A DNA stretch of 64,000 bases from Lepidodermella squamata. Lineage: Eukaryota > Animalia > Gastrotricha. The notes beneath the pieces were generated by a model, which was not told where the DNA came from, ran no database searches, and worked only from the letters and a program-made list of their open reading frames with translations. A program made the translations under genes and the position numbers. This document shows positions 1 to 12,570 of the stretch, in pieces. How positions within the stretch are numbered: the stretch's first letter is position 1; every line of letters starts with the position of its first letter. The stretch spans positions 3,534,001-3,598,000 of the forward strand of contig JBLDXI010000032.1 of NCBI GenBank assembly GCA_047495785.1, written 5' to 3'.

Positions 1-173
1 TAGCTCTTCAGTTTCAACTTCCTTCGCTCACTCCCGGTTTCGATGAAGATTTTGATGATTCTTGTTACACTTACGTGGACTACCTTTTCCGGGCTATCGA
101 AGATGAAAGTCTTCTGAACTATTAATACAATTTTTGAAGTAGTTGTTTTGTTCAATATAGGGTTGTTAATAAA

Positions 174-1341
174 ATGAGTCAAGATAGCAGTTTTGAGCGT
201 AAAAATGTGTTCGAACTGATGGAGGATGAATCTAACCAACAGAGCACCGGTACTTCGAAACCGGCGGGAACTTCTAGCAATTCTCCGTCTGTTGTGATGG
301 AAGACGACGGCCCTGTGCCACCTCATTCTCCTCGCGAAGGTGAACCACTGATAATAAGAATTCCGAGCAAATCTCCGTCGCCGAAAAAAGCCCCTGCTAA
401 CGAAACAAAGGGAAAGAAGAAAGCTAAGCCGAGGCGGAAAAAGAGAGGCAAGAACCTCGATGACTCAGATTGTAGCGATGGCGGTCTGGATCCACGAGCT
501 AAACAACTGTTCAAGAAATACACTGCTAACAAAGGTAAAGGCGCTGGATCAGGAAAAAATGATATCGGGCCCTTTGTTAGAGCTGCAGGGCTTGAAAAGG
601 GCGAACAAAGCGCCAATTTTACTGTGATAAACAGTGCAGCTCAGGATGCTGCTTCATCGTCTCAAGTCAGCATAGGACGAGGGGGAGTTCTCGAACCTCA
701 CTTCTACGATTTAGCGAATTGCGACCCCGACCAGCCATGGCTTTGCTGTTTTTGCCGACGCCCGCCTTACTACGGGCAGTTGAGCTATTTATACGGTCCT
801 TACACGATCTCCGGTCAGTTCCACAAATATTTGATGGATGATCCCTATGATTGCTGCCAGCTGGAAAAGTCCTATCGAAGCAAAATGAAATCTGAACCTA
901 AGGAAGATGCTGGCCCTTCAGCTGTTTGGTTTCATTGGGAATGCTTCTTGTTCACCAACGGCTGCTACTTTTTAAACAAGCTGATTGGCTTGGACGATGC
1001 TGTAAAAATTGCTGTAAAAACCGTGAGTCTGAAATATGTCGTCAAAAATATTGATTTTTTTTTTCATTTTGCTGTACCAGAAATGCTCCTATTGCAAAGG
1101 CCTCGGCGCAACGTTGTCCTGTTGCGCTAAAAACTGCTCAAAAACGTACCATTATCTGTGCGGGCGTGGGTCAGGTATGCCAACAGACATCAGACGTTCT
1201 AATTGCATTATCTTAATATTTTGCGATGATTTGCCAGGAGCGTCTTTCAATGAGGAATATTGTACTATATTCTGCCACAGTCACAAAAACGGCTTTCAAC
1301 CGAAGCGGAGCACCGCCAATAACAGTGACAGCATTCATTAG
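174..1341 (+). CDS. TCF20/RAI1-like extended-PHD (ePHD) chromatin protein, 3 exons (174-1022, 1081-1174, 1238-1341), about 348 aa
   Basis: WLCCFC..YGPY..VWFHWECFLF..LIGLDDAVKIA|KCSYCKGLGATLSCCAKNCSKTYHYLC..FCHSH matches the ePHD of TCF20/RAI1. GT-AG introns restore the frame. Basic NLS-like run KKKAKPRRKKRGK. Confidence 0.75.
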
Positions 1342-3056
1342 TCGGTTGACAAGCCAACTTGTCTTTTCTTTGAAATTTGATCCGTAAAGACAAAGCATTT
1401 TGTAATTTTGTTTGTTTAATAAAAGTTGAAACGGAAGTTTACTCTAATCTTGTCAATTTGGGGCGCGTTCTTTTCGAGGAAAGCACAGTTCAGAAATTAC
1501 CTGAAGGCGTCCGCTGTTCGAAAAACGAAATACCCGCCTGCAGGTCGATCAGTGCAGTTTTAATATAATTTGCCATGTCAACTGCGTTTACGCGATATTC
1601 ATTCATAAATTTTGCGCGTCTTTGCGGTCCATTTGTGATTTTTAAAGCTCATATAAATCCACTTGTTAATCCGATAGCTCAACTTGACACATAATCGCCC
1701 ATTCAGCCGCGCCCAATCGAAAGCTTATTAAACGTAAAAAGTTATTGCTATAAGGTGCAGTGTGTTGATCACTGTATTGCCTGCTTCAGCATTTGCGTTG
1801 TTTGCGTGGAAAAATATTGTTATTCATAATATATATTTTTTCAAAAATAAATAAACCTACAATAAATTATATTGAGCCCACTCAATATCCAATCAAACGA
1901 GGATCATAGCGCTTCACGCGCCCATGCGTTCTTGCGCCCAAGCACTAATTTCCTCATTTTTTGACGCTATAGAATAACCTGTTTACGGCGACCGTTTCCG
2001 TCACCGTTTTTCTTTGCCCAGAGCCTAGAAAATAAGAATTATACCCCTTGATTTTTATGAATAAGAAATGCTTGCACCTTATAGAGTACTTATGTCTCAA
2101 GTATTTGATTTGGCGCGAAATATTTGCTCATCACAGCCATATTTCTGTCAAACTGAATATCGCAATTTTTTCCAGTTGAGAAACGATTGAAACTGAAATA
2201 TATGCTAATGCCACGCCCTTTTTCGGTCACTGTGCCATCTCTTTTACTAGGCCTTATTGCCTGAATTGATGCTTCAATGAATGCAATAACAGGCCTGAGG
2301 AAAATTATAGGCTCGAGTTAATTTTTTTCTTTCTAGCGCGCTCGCTCCCTCGCGCACCGATAAACATGTTTACATGTTTAGTGTTCTGAGTTACCTAAAG
2401 TCCATGTCCACTGAGGTGTAGGTAACCTGCGAAGGCGCTCCTTTTTTCTTATAATCCTATTAAGTTTGCAGGTAGGTAGTTTGGTGCATTCACACATGGC
2501 TGGCAATTGTATAGGAGGTACGCAGAACGAGCGCAGCATAGTATCACCAACGTCTGATGCGTCAACACCCTCAGTCAATGTTTTCGTAATATCTCACACT
2601 TTTCATAGGCTATTTGCAGATTTTATTAAGCATATATAGTTGAAAGCGTCTGAACAGTCACTAAAAAATGCACGCATTTCAATCATTCATTAGCCAATTT
2701 TTACGAAATGACAGAACAATGATGTTATTAAATTGCCTTGAGAATAATTTTACTTGATGCGCGGGTTACTCATCAGCAATCATCAGACGCGTCGACCTTT
2801 ATATTCAGCACGAGTAGCTTGCAATACACATTATTGTCCGTTTCGTGTTGAATTTTCAGAAACTATCATCTGGTGATTTTCCCTTACCGGAGCGATTGTA
2901 TAAAGTTGGCCATCTGTCAGGCGTGGCAGAATTTCCTCCCTCATTATTTTCACATAGTGTTAAACAAGTCACGTTCATATGCTTCTCTCAGACCTGGATA
3001 TAATTCGGCTCTTTACCTTACGATTCTTTTTCCAGAATATCATATAAATTTTATAT

Positions 3057-4069
3057 ATGCCACTGTTTTCATCTAACAAGAGCAAACGGCGGGATTCGTT
3101 AGCCAAGCCACCAGAGGTTTGCCGCATCGCGGTCCTCGGTACTTCGCAAACGGGCAAAACAGCCTTAGTCCAGCAGTTCTTGGAATTCAAAGTAAGAATT
3201 TAAGCGAAATTGCTCAGATATCAGCTGTATTTGCGATTTTGGACATTTAAATCCGATTTATTTTTCCAACTCAATGAGATCTATAGTTCCTCTGAGCCTA
3301 ATACTATATAATTGATTGGATTCATTTTAAATCATTTTTACTTTATTTTTTCCAACAGTTTTCTCAAAAGTACCGTCCGACTATCGATAGTATAATTGAG
3401 AAGAGCTATACTGTTGGCGAGGAAACCTATGAAATCGAAATTGTCGATGCAACAGGCAGTTTCGAGTTTCCGGCTATGCGTAAGGTGTACATCGATACAT
3501 CAGACGCTTTCATCATTGTCATGAGCATCGACCTGCCAGAATCAATCGAAGAGGCCCATCAGATGCTGCAGCTAATTCGTAATCGCCGGTCATCGCACGA
3601 CCGGGCATCACGGGGCAGTTTGCTTCTAACACCGCCTGATGGCTCGCCGATTTCCCAAGATAAAGCTGAGTCGAAATCTCCGAGGGTCGTGTTTGTCCTC
3701 AACAAAATGGACTTGCCGCCAGAGGAACGTAAAGTAAATGTCTCAGCAGTTCAATATGATCACGACTTTGGATTCGAGAATGTTGTATTGGTAAATTTTA
3801 ATTTCCAACAAATTCTATCGATCTAATATCCTTACTTTTTTCAGGCCAGCGCTAAGGAGAATTGGAACGTCGACGAGGCGTTTTCGCGGCTCGTGTCTCG
3901 ACCTACGCCTGATGCCGTGCAAATGGAACGAAGTCTTGAAGCTGCGTTACAACACCGCCGAATGACTGCTCCAGCTATTGACATCAACTCTGGTAGCGAT
4001 AACTTCATGCTCGCTTTGAAGAGCTCCATGGCGCCCAAACGCAATAGCTACAGTCCGATATCGCCCTAA
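3057..4069 (+). CDS. Ras-family small GTPase, RASD/Di-Ras-like; exons 3057-3191, 3359-3790, 3845-4069
   Basis: G1 GTSQTGKT, effector YRPTID, G3 DATGSFEFPAMR, G4 NKMD, G5 ASAK. All exons join in frame through phase-0 GT-AG introns. Confidence 0.8.
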
Positions 4070-4811
4070 AAAAGTCGCCTTTCGCTGCAGTCAGTGCTTT
4101 TATTAACTAGTGCTTTATCTCTACTATATGATTTACCCGGAAGTTGGCAATATAACTTCGTTTTTCAATCTTAATTTCCGTTGTTTTCATTAATTCCGAA
4201 GTTATGAGTCTGCTGGATTGTCATCGGAATATTTACACCTTGTTAAACTTGAAAAAAACATAATATAAATGACTCTTAGCTGTTAGAATGCGAAAAACGT
4301 AATTTTCGAACTATTTTGGAAATAAAATTGTACCTCAATGATGAGCGCGCTCGTGTCAGGTTTTAGGGTCTATTACGCATCAAATAAACGGATAAACAAG
4401 ACCTGTCCGTTTCTTCCATGCAGAATTCACGTTCAAGCATGCGAAGCTTCAGCGGGAAAATGTAAATTTAAAACACGAGCAGGAAGTTTTTCATCAACGT
4501 GGATAAGCGATGTTATTTTAATTTTACTGTAAAACGCAATGCCTCCTCCCCGATGTAAACAGATCTCACCTCATTGTCCCTGCATTTGCTCTTTCACCTT
4601 TCAACCCGTGACGCAACATATTCGTTCGCTCGATGGTTGGAATCTATATAAGCGTTTAGTGCATAGTAAAAAATGTCTCAGACCGCAAAACATCACGTGT
4701 TTCAACCTACACCACGATTTTTTTTCAAATAAAACCACGAGTATTTGCTGAAAGATAGTTCATCAACGTCTATTGCTGTAATTTTCCTAATATAGGCAAC
4801 AGATTAACGAA

Positions 4812-5216
4812 ATGCAGTTTTTCGCTGTCGTTCTTTGCGTTTCGATTGTTTTGGCCGTAGCTATTGCGGCACCAGTGTCGAAGGGGCGCAAGTCTGTTGC
4901 CAAGACCCGAGATGACGTTACTGTCAAGCCACTTGATCCCAGATCAGCAGCAATGGCGATGCTGCTTGCAGAGGGCCCAATCAGAAATACATTTCGCCGC
5001 GCATTTCCTGCGTGCGATGTGTGGGCTAGCAGAAAATTGGCGGAGAATGGGGGATCTATCGATAAATTGGCGGAAGGTATGTATTCTAGTTACTTATTCA
5101 AAATTGCAGGCTCATCTATTTTATTTTTTCAAGCGATCGATGGCGGAGAAGATGTGGCGATAGGCCTGGAATTCTTGTTATACTGCGTTCTTGGCTACGA
5201 CCAAATTATTGAATAA
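4812..5216 (+). CDS. Small secreted protein, CxxW-EFxxxC family copy 1 (intron 5077-5133)
   Basis: Signal peptide MQFFAVVLCVSIVLAVAIA. Core CDVW...LAE|AIDGG...LEFLLYC. TATATAA at 4645-4651. Confidence 0.8.
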   Translation: MQFFAVVLCVSIVLAVAIAAPVSKGRKSVAKTRDDVTVKPLDPRSAAMAMLLAEGPIRNTFRRAFPACDVWASRKLAENGGSIDKLAEGMYSSYLFKIAGSSILFFQAIDGGEDVAIGLEFLLYCVLGYDQIIE

Positions 5217-5394
5217 ACAAAACGGCTCAAATTAGATCGCACAAATATATATTGAAATGAATAAATTTTTTTCAAGATGATCCCATCGCAAGACTCTTAT
5301 TCGACATTTACGCAGGACGAGATCATAGAGTTTGCAAAGTTTCCGAAGATAACATTTTCAATTCTAAAAAAATGTAAGAAATTGTTGTCACATG

Positions 5395-5746
5395 TTAGCC
5401 GCGTCTCAGAAGCAGAGATTCGCCTGCCTTCAGAGAGGCCTTATCGATTAGAACAGGAGCGATAGCCTTGTCTCTTGACAAACAATTCACAATGAATTCT
5501 AGAATCAGATGGCGGGGGTGGCCTGCAACGATTTCTGGAAAAAAACGCATGTCATATACATTTATCATCAGATTATGGTCGAAAGTTTTTACTTTGAGAA
5601 ACTTCGGCGATTGATATGCCAAGCTCTTTGGTTTTTCCATCGATCCAAGCCTCGCAACGATCGTTTTGCTGTACTGGCATAGATGCCGTCGTATCTATCG
5701 CTGCAATCGTAAAAATCACGCAAGTCGCGAGAATATAACGAGACAT
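5395..5746 (-). CDS. Small secreted protein, CxxW-EFxxxC family copy 2 (intron 5535-5592)
   Basis: Spliced product MSRYILATCVIFTIAAIDTTASMPVQQNDRCEAWIDGKTKELGISIAEVSQ|KIVAGHPRHLILEFIVNCLSRD. Exon 1 is missing from the ORF track. Minus-strand TATATAA at 5820-5826. Confidence 0.75.
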
Positions 5747-6145
5747 GTCTTTATTGCCGTGTGAATTTGACAGCTTTTTCGTATAATAACCTGTTCCTAT
5801 GGCATTTCAGAAGCGGCATTTATATAGAGGAGGGAGCCTATCAAACATCGGCTGCTGATGTAAGTTGATTGCGCCCACGGAAATGCATTTTTCAGCCAAC
5901 TATGCGGTACTGCGCTTCTTCAGCGATTATTTTGCGGATGTAATTTACGGGCCTAATGACAAGCATTTTTGTCGGAACGTCATACATGTTGTGAAAATAC
6001 CAAGCTTAACTATAAATCAGGCCCTATTGAGCGGATTAGGGTGGCAATACTCACTAGAAGCTATTTTATATCTAGAATTTCAAAAGAAAAACTGGACGTT
6101 GGGAACTTCGTTGTATTTCTAATATATGTCAGAACACCGAGTTTT

Positions 6146-6163
6146 GATTCTAATCTTGGAAAT
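6146..6163. promoter_or_regulatory. 18-bp element GATTCTAATCTTGGAAAT, duplicated at 12843-12860, upstream of secreted-family genes
   Basis: Exact 18-nt match between two intergenic regions 6.7 kb apart, each upstream of a minus-strand family member. Confidence 0.4.
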
Positions 6164-6872
6164 GCGAAATTAGATAATAGATAATTATATAATTATATTA
6201 TCATCTTGCGTAACCGAAGATGAGTGAAAAACGAGCAAAAAATGCAACTGTACGGCTCTTATCAATGCATTCATCATTCATTCTAAATATGGGAAAAATG
6301 CGAAGGACATCAGGCGAAATCAGTGTAAAATTTAGACGTAAAAGATATGTCTCAAGGCGAAATGTGAGAATTAAAACACTGATAATCTGGCTCAGGGTTG
6401 ACACGTGAGATGAGGAATGTACCCATCGTATCAGATTTGCTGATTATAGCCGCTTGCCGCGTTAATCAACGGCCAATTATATTGCTCGCATATTATCTCT
6501 TCAAATCGGCTTTCTTTCGTGATCAATGTCCGCAGTGAGCCTATTCGTATTCAACCCGATTCGCTTATTTTTATTTTAATTATTACAAATTCAAGATTAA
6601 CCGATATACAAATTATTTGATAGCTTGGAGAAAATACATGAGAAAAAAAAGCAGAGCGAGAATAGGAAAAAACGAAGGTATGTTATATTTTTTCCACAAT
6701 GATGGAAATTATCAATGATGAGAAAGGATTTATAGAAACAATATGTATAGCTTTTGATTTTTTGCCTTCTGTTTCAAGCTTCAATTTAAGACATTAATGA
6801 TGTCGGCGGTGGTTATTTCTTAATGAATTTTTCTACTATTAAACTCATTCGGGAATTTAAATATCGAATAGT

Positions 6873-7347
6873 TTAGATCTTTCGGGCCTTCGACTTGGGT
6901 TTCTCGGCTTCCAGCGCCGTTTTCTCTTCGTCGATAGCCAGCTTCAGCATGGAGGGACGGTCCGACATTGGCTGGTCGTCCATCAGGCAAAATACGATGA
7001 ATTCGAGGGCGAGCTCCTTCGGTTCCGCCTCAACGATCACTGAGGGAAATAATAAGTTAAGATGCTTTGAAATAGGGAAGGGGCTCGAACTAACTTTTTG
7101 CAAGCTCGTCAACGTTGGTCTTCATCTCCTTCATCTTCGAGTCGATCCAGCTGTCGCAGGTGACTCCGTTGCCGAGGTTCATGAGTCCAGCGTTGAGGAG
7201 GCTGTCGAGTTCGTCGTCGTCGAGGCTGGGCGCCGGCGTGGTCGTAGTGGTGGTTCGTTGTTTCCTGTTGCCGACTGGTTTAGCATAGGCAACAGCAGCG
7301 ACCAGCACGCCGAAGACAACTACAGCTAGTGAAATTTTGCAGGCCAT
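6873..7347 (-). CDS. Small secreted protein, CxxW-EFxxxC family copy 3 (intron 7040-7094)
   Basis: Signal peptide, Thr-rich linker, TCDSWIDSKMKEMKTNVDELAK|MIVEAEPKELALEFIVFCLMD. Confidence 0.85.
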
Positions 7348-8718
7348 TTCGAGAAAGTTTAAAATTTGAAAAAACGACTAGTTATCACTAAAAAATAATA
7401 GAAAAAAACGTTATGCGCGACTTTTTGTAATTACCTGTGATTCTGACGTCTACAGAAGTTTTATATGAGGAGAAAAAGAAGTGGGAGCGGGTTTATGAAG
7501 TGCAAATGTATCATCGTCAACATTTGCCTGTCAACACACGACTCAATTTAGATTTGTGTAACCAATCTCCTTCGTTTTTTTCCCATTAGAGCGTAGGCGA
7601 AGGTAAGATGTAGAAACGGCGATTTTTAATTACTAAACTTTGGTTTTATTTGCTGAAGAAATAAAGACAACTGTAGCCGCGACATTATCCTTATTACAAA
7701 TCTGCCGCGCGAAGAAAATCTTTGCGCTATCAGCTTTTTCTTCTAATAATCTCTGCCTTGTTTTTATTCCTCTTTTTTAGTGATTATTCACCCAAGATGA
7801 GTCTTTAGCTCAGTTTTTCCTCTCATCCGGTTACACAGGGTAAGGGAGTGCAAATAAATCCTCGAAAAAGAGCCATCTAATCGATTTTCTTCCGATTTCA
7901 ATTTGCCTATATAAGAGCTATTAACTGATAGTCTGCAATTCGCTGAAGTAGGCGTTTCGTCTCGTCAAATATTTGTCGCCCGGGTTCAGCAGATATAATC
8001 TGGGCTGATGACTTTTTTGTCCTTTCTTTTTGTTTCAAATATTTAGCTTGGCTCGGATCCGCGAATCTAAAATAATCCAGAAGGCGGCATGCGGCTATCA
8101 TCGTCAGGAAGGATTAAAAATCACCTCGTTTGAATCACTTCTCACGTCATTTTTCTTATTTATTCCGCCACATGATCTGAGTCATCACAATAAACCGAAA
8201 AGAGGCTTAGATAGTGTGACCGGGGGCGCTGATAGCCAACATACTATAGTCACACTTTTTCCAAGATCTAAAAAAAAACTTAAAACGGGAAAAGCTTGAT
8301 GGATTGAAAATCGGGTGGGCGCTGCGTGTTTTATTTTGGCCGCACAGATGAGACTCGGTCATCATTCTCTCGCTTGAATTGGCGTGCTGTGAAGCGTGTG
8401 TAACCATTTACAGAACGGGAAAGAAGAAGCCAAGCGTGATACGAAACGAGTTGGTGGTGCCCCTGAAGCTACAATGTGTCAAGCGGGAGAAAGGAATTGC
8501 CGAATTACCGGTTACTGCCCCCGATCGTTGTAGAGCAGCAGGCAGCAAGCAGCTGGGCGTCCGTGCGCTAAAAAAATGATCCGTCTTATAAATGAAGTCA
8601 AAAATCAAAGTTAAAATAGTTTAACGCTTTCAGTGTTATTGAAAATATAAATATTGGTACAAACTTTCTAAATTGAAATTTCATTTTTAGAAAACACGTT
8701 GAAACAATTATTACAGCA

Positions 8719-9099
8719 ATGGCCAGTAAGACTGTATTTCACATAGCAGCCATTTTCGTTGTAGGAGCGCTCTTCGTGCAATCGAACGCTAACCCAGCTG
8801 AGGCGCTCTCATCGGTTGAGAGTGAAGAGAGCGCGGAGATCACTCAATCATGCGACGATTGGACAGCGAGTAAAATGGAGGAACTCCACGTTTCGTTCTA
8901 CGACCTCGCAGCAAGTATGCAAAAAATTGCAATAAATTTATCAGCGTCTAATTCTTTGTTTTTTTCAGTGATCATGGAAGGTGACTCAACCGAGCTATCG
9001 TTTGAATTCATCATGTTCTGCTTGATGGACGAATCGCCTGCCCCGGATCGGCAATCCATGCTGCGAAGTGAGATCGCCAAGATGAAGTCGAAACTTTAA
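8719..9099 (+). CDS. Small secreted protein, CxxW-EFxxxC family copy 4 (intron 8915-8968)
   Basis: Signal peptide; SCDDWTASKMEELHVSFYDLAA|MIMEGDSTELSFEFIMFCLMD. Closest to copy 3. Confidence 0.85.
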   Translation: MASKTVFHIAAIFVVGALFVQSNANPAEALSSVESEESAEITQSCDDWTASKMEELHVSFYDLAASMQKIAINLSASNSLFFSVIMEGDSTELSFEFIMFCLMDESPAPDRQSMLRSEIAKMKSKL

Positions 9100-9453
9100 A
9101 ATCCATGCGTTTCACTCAATAAGCATTGATGTACCCCATCCTTTCCACGAGTTCCACGAGACCAAACCTTGTACCCTTGTCGCTACAGCTGGTTGATAAC
9201 AATACCTATACCTTTGGCGTGTTTATGTTGCAATTCAAAGACTGAGCTTCCTATCCTATGCTGTTTCGATTGAAGTTTCGTTGAAAATAAACATCAGAAA
9301 ACAAGATTAGCGGAGTTATTCCAACACTTTCAGTATTTTGAATGAATGAAGTCATGCTTCAGAAACAGTATAGTGCCTAGAATGCCACGTTCTACGTAGG
9401 AATATCGTGTAGAGAGTTGATAATGAAAAAGTTGCTTGCTTCAGTAGGAAAAC

Positions 9454-11998
9454 ATGTCTATTAGAAAAGCACTTGTTACCTTGATCTTTTCTAGCAGTTT
9501 AGTGGATCTACTGCGCTGCCAAACGGATGTAAGTCCAACTTTCAAGTCGGTTGTGGAATTCAAGTTCGAATTTGGAATTGCCAATTATTTTAGGTGGGCA
9601 GTGAACTTCCCCGAGTATGTGGAGCCAAACCACCTCAAGCTAACGATGACAGCGACATGCCGTGGCTGGTAATGCTATCTTTTTTCTTCGCATCCCATCA
9701 TTTAAAATGCATCAATTCTGCAGGTTGTACTTGAGATTTACTTCCCTGGTGATACAGAGCCAAGCTTCTGCGGGGCGATATTGATTAACCAGCAATGGTT
9801 ACTAACAGCAGCTCACTGTGTCTCCACCCAGAGCAGCCGAGCAGTCAACATCAGCGCCTATTTAGGCAAACAAAACGAAGTACTGACAAAATCTGCTGCA
9901 GTGCCCTGCAAAACTACCGTGCCGCATCCGCAGTTCACAGTTCAGGCTTCAGGTGGTGCGGTTGAGAACAATTTTGCCCTGGTTAAAATGGATAACCCGG
10001 TGAAAGCTTTCAACGCAAAAATCAGACCAGTCTGCCTGCCAGAAACCTGCAGCATTGACTCTAAGTGTCGGCAGCTGCAGGCAGTTGGATGGGGAGGTGC
10101 ATCAGGGCCAGAAGGTAAATGAGTTTGATTCACGTCACTGAATCATCTAGATTTTATTTCAAAAGCTTCTCTTCGAGACAAGACCAGACTTTCGGTTAAA
10201 AGAGCCACCCTAAATGTGAAATCAAACTCGGAATGTGGCGGGTCTACATTGGATTCCTTATTCTGTGCTGACGCTCCACCTGGTCAGGATACATGCGTCG
10301 GAACATCAGGTGGCCCAACCCTATGCACATCGGATGGGAAAGTTTACGCCACCGGTGTAATGTCCAATGGCGATTATGATTGCGGCACAGCTGGAGACCC
10401 GGCGTACTACAACAAGATCTGTGCTGTTATGCCGTGGTTGAAGTCGGTCTTGCAAGGGAAGGCTACAGCTCAGACGGTCACGCCAAAGCCTCAATCGGTG
10501 GGTTTAAGCTCCACTAATGCTTATTGATGTATAATCAACTTATTGATAGTGTCAAATGCCAACGGATGACCGCGGGACTTTTGTTGTTGATGGAACTGCG
10601 ACCCAAAACGAGGTCGATAAGGGCACTAGGGTGACATTGAATTGCAGATCGGGCTTCAAGGTACAAGGGGCCAGAATGAGCGACTGCCTTGGCGGCTCGA
10701 AGTGGTTGCCAGCTGTGGGGAAGTGTGTAGCCGACTCAATGAGTATGCAGTTTTATTCGCAATTTACAGCTTTATTTTCAAATTAACTTTGCGCAGCAAC
10801 TACTCCTACAACAACAGCGGAGGCTTTTCAAACTAAAAATTTCGGTGATACGTCTAGGTTCTGCGCCTTTCCAGGTGACGTTTTGTCGAAGACACGAGGA
10901 GGTACTTTCAAGTTGAATAGACAACCCATTCCGGCTTCCATTCGCGCCGGTGATGCTGTTAATGTCGGAGGCAACTTGGATCTGACTTGCCTAGACACCC
11001 ACAGGCTACTGGGCAGTGCCTCGTCTCGATGTACAAATGACGGATGGTCACCGAAGATCGGGCGGTGCATCTTCATGGATGCAAAGCAAGAGGGTATGTA
11101 AAAGCTTCCCCTAATACAATTAATGAAATTGGCTCATTCCAAAGATACCACATCAACTAAAACTGTTGCGTCAAGCAGTAGGACTACGAGCAGCCGTCGG
11201 CGGCCGACTACAACCACTCGGGCAGCAGCAGTAACAACCCGGAGGGCCACGAAACCAACTGTGGGTGAAAGTTACCAGTATCCAGATGACGATGATGTTG
11301 CAACTAGTAAGGCTCCTATTACGACTACAACCCCTCGAGCTGCAGTAGGTCAGGCGAACGCCCTAGGTACTTCAGCCCCTTCGCCGCGGCTCATCGACGC
11401 AGCTAAATCAGGTCGGCTTGATGCAGTTATGCGGCGGGTAAATCAAAACGGCGATTTCGTCGACTCGAGAGATGAAGGTACAGGGAGAACGCCGTTGATA
11501 ATTGCTGCAGCGAACAACAAGGACGAAATCGTCGAGTTCTTACTAGCTAAAAATGCTAATGTCAACCTTCAGGCAAATGACATGACGACACCGCTGATAG
11601 CTGCGGCGCAAACGGGCTCGAATCGAGCTGTCGATGCTCTCTTGAACAAAGGCGCGAATGTGAACTTGAAGGATAGTGATGGCTTTTCAGCCCTGATGCA
11701 TGCGGCTAATGGCGACTACAAAGCTATTGCTGAATCTTTGATTCGGAAGGGGGCAAATGTTAATGATAAGGACAACGATGGCAGAACGGCGTTGCATCAC
11801 GCTGCCGATAATAATGCTCAACAGGCAGGAGCTGCCCTCCTAAATGCCCCGGGGATCAATTTGAATTTGAAAGACAATAGTGGTATGACGGCCCTGGTCA
11901 TCGCCGACACGAAGCAACTCGCTGCTTTTGGCACCCTTCTAGTTGGCAAAGGGGCTGATAAAACTGGGTGCTCTAAGCTGACTGCTTGCCGGTGGTGA
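9454..11998 (+). CDS. Secreted multidomain protein: signal peptide, trypsin-like serine protease homolog, two Sushi/CCP domains, Thr-rich linker, about 6 ankyrin repeats; 7 exons, about 738 aa
   Basis: Exons 9454-9528, 9594-9668, 9724-10114, 10166-10497, 10550-10742, 10797-11093, 11145-11998 join in frame via GT-AG introns. Motifs FCGAILINQQWLLTAAHC and DTCVGTSGGP; CCP pattern C..GF..QG....C....W......C; ankyrin GRTPLIIAA and GRTALHHAA. Confidence 0.8.
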
Positions 11999-12155
11999 CC
12001 TGAAAACTTATTCGAGTTCAATAATAAATTCAATGGTTCATTTTTTTATTGGAGTATCTCAAAGATTGACTAGCAAAGCTTTGCAGAGTATTGCATTATA
12101 TTTTACAGTTGCAAAAATAGGCGTTTTTTTTCCCATATTAAGCTGGTCCAACGAT

Positions 12156-12570
12156 TTACATGAGGGCAGCGAAATCTGTTCCGCCGTTTGTGACTTGGTC
12201 TTTCAAAAATTCAACTCTTTCCTCGAATGGCACGCCTTCGAGTAAGCAGTAGGTCATAAACTCAAGCGAGATACGGATGTTGTCACCACTTGCAACGACT
12301 GAAATAACATAGGACAGGTTTTTGAGATATAGCGTGTATTGATTTCTTACCTTTAGCGAGATCTCCATTCTTGATTTTCAACTTCCTAGCTGTCGATTTC
12401 GTCCACTGATCACATGTTCGCTTATCGTTTGCCAGGATGCCAACAATTTCTACCATCGCAGTCATAACCGGATCATCTTGATCTATCTGTTGCTGTGAAT
12501 CGATAGGTATCGCATAGCTGATAGCTACCACGAAGGCCGCAAATAAGGTCAAAGCTACTGCGGAGGACAT
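12156..12570 (-). CDS. Small secreted protein, CxxW-EFxxxC family copy 5 (intron 12299-12350)
   Basis: Signal peptide; TCDQWTKSTARKLKIKNGDLAK|VVASGDNIRISLEFMTYCLLEG. Confidence 0.85.

Noticed and set aside
1748-2085. 12-bp inverted repeat CTATAAGGTGCA / TGCACCTTATAG
   Set aside because: Too short, does not extend and has no TSD; could be chance or an old MITE.
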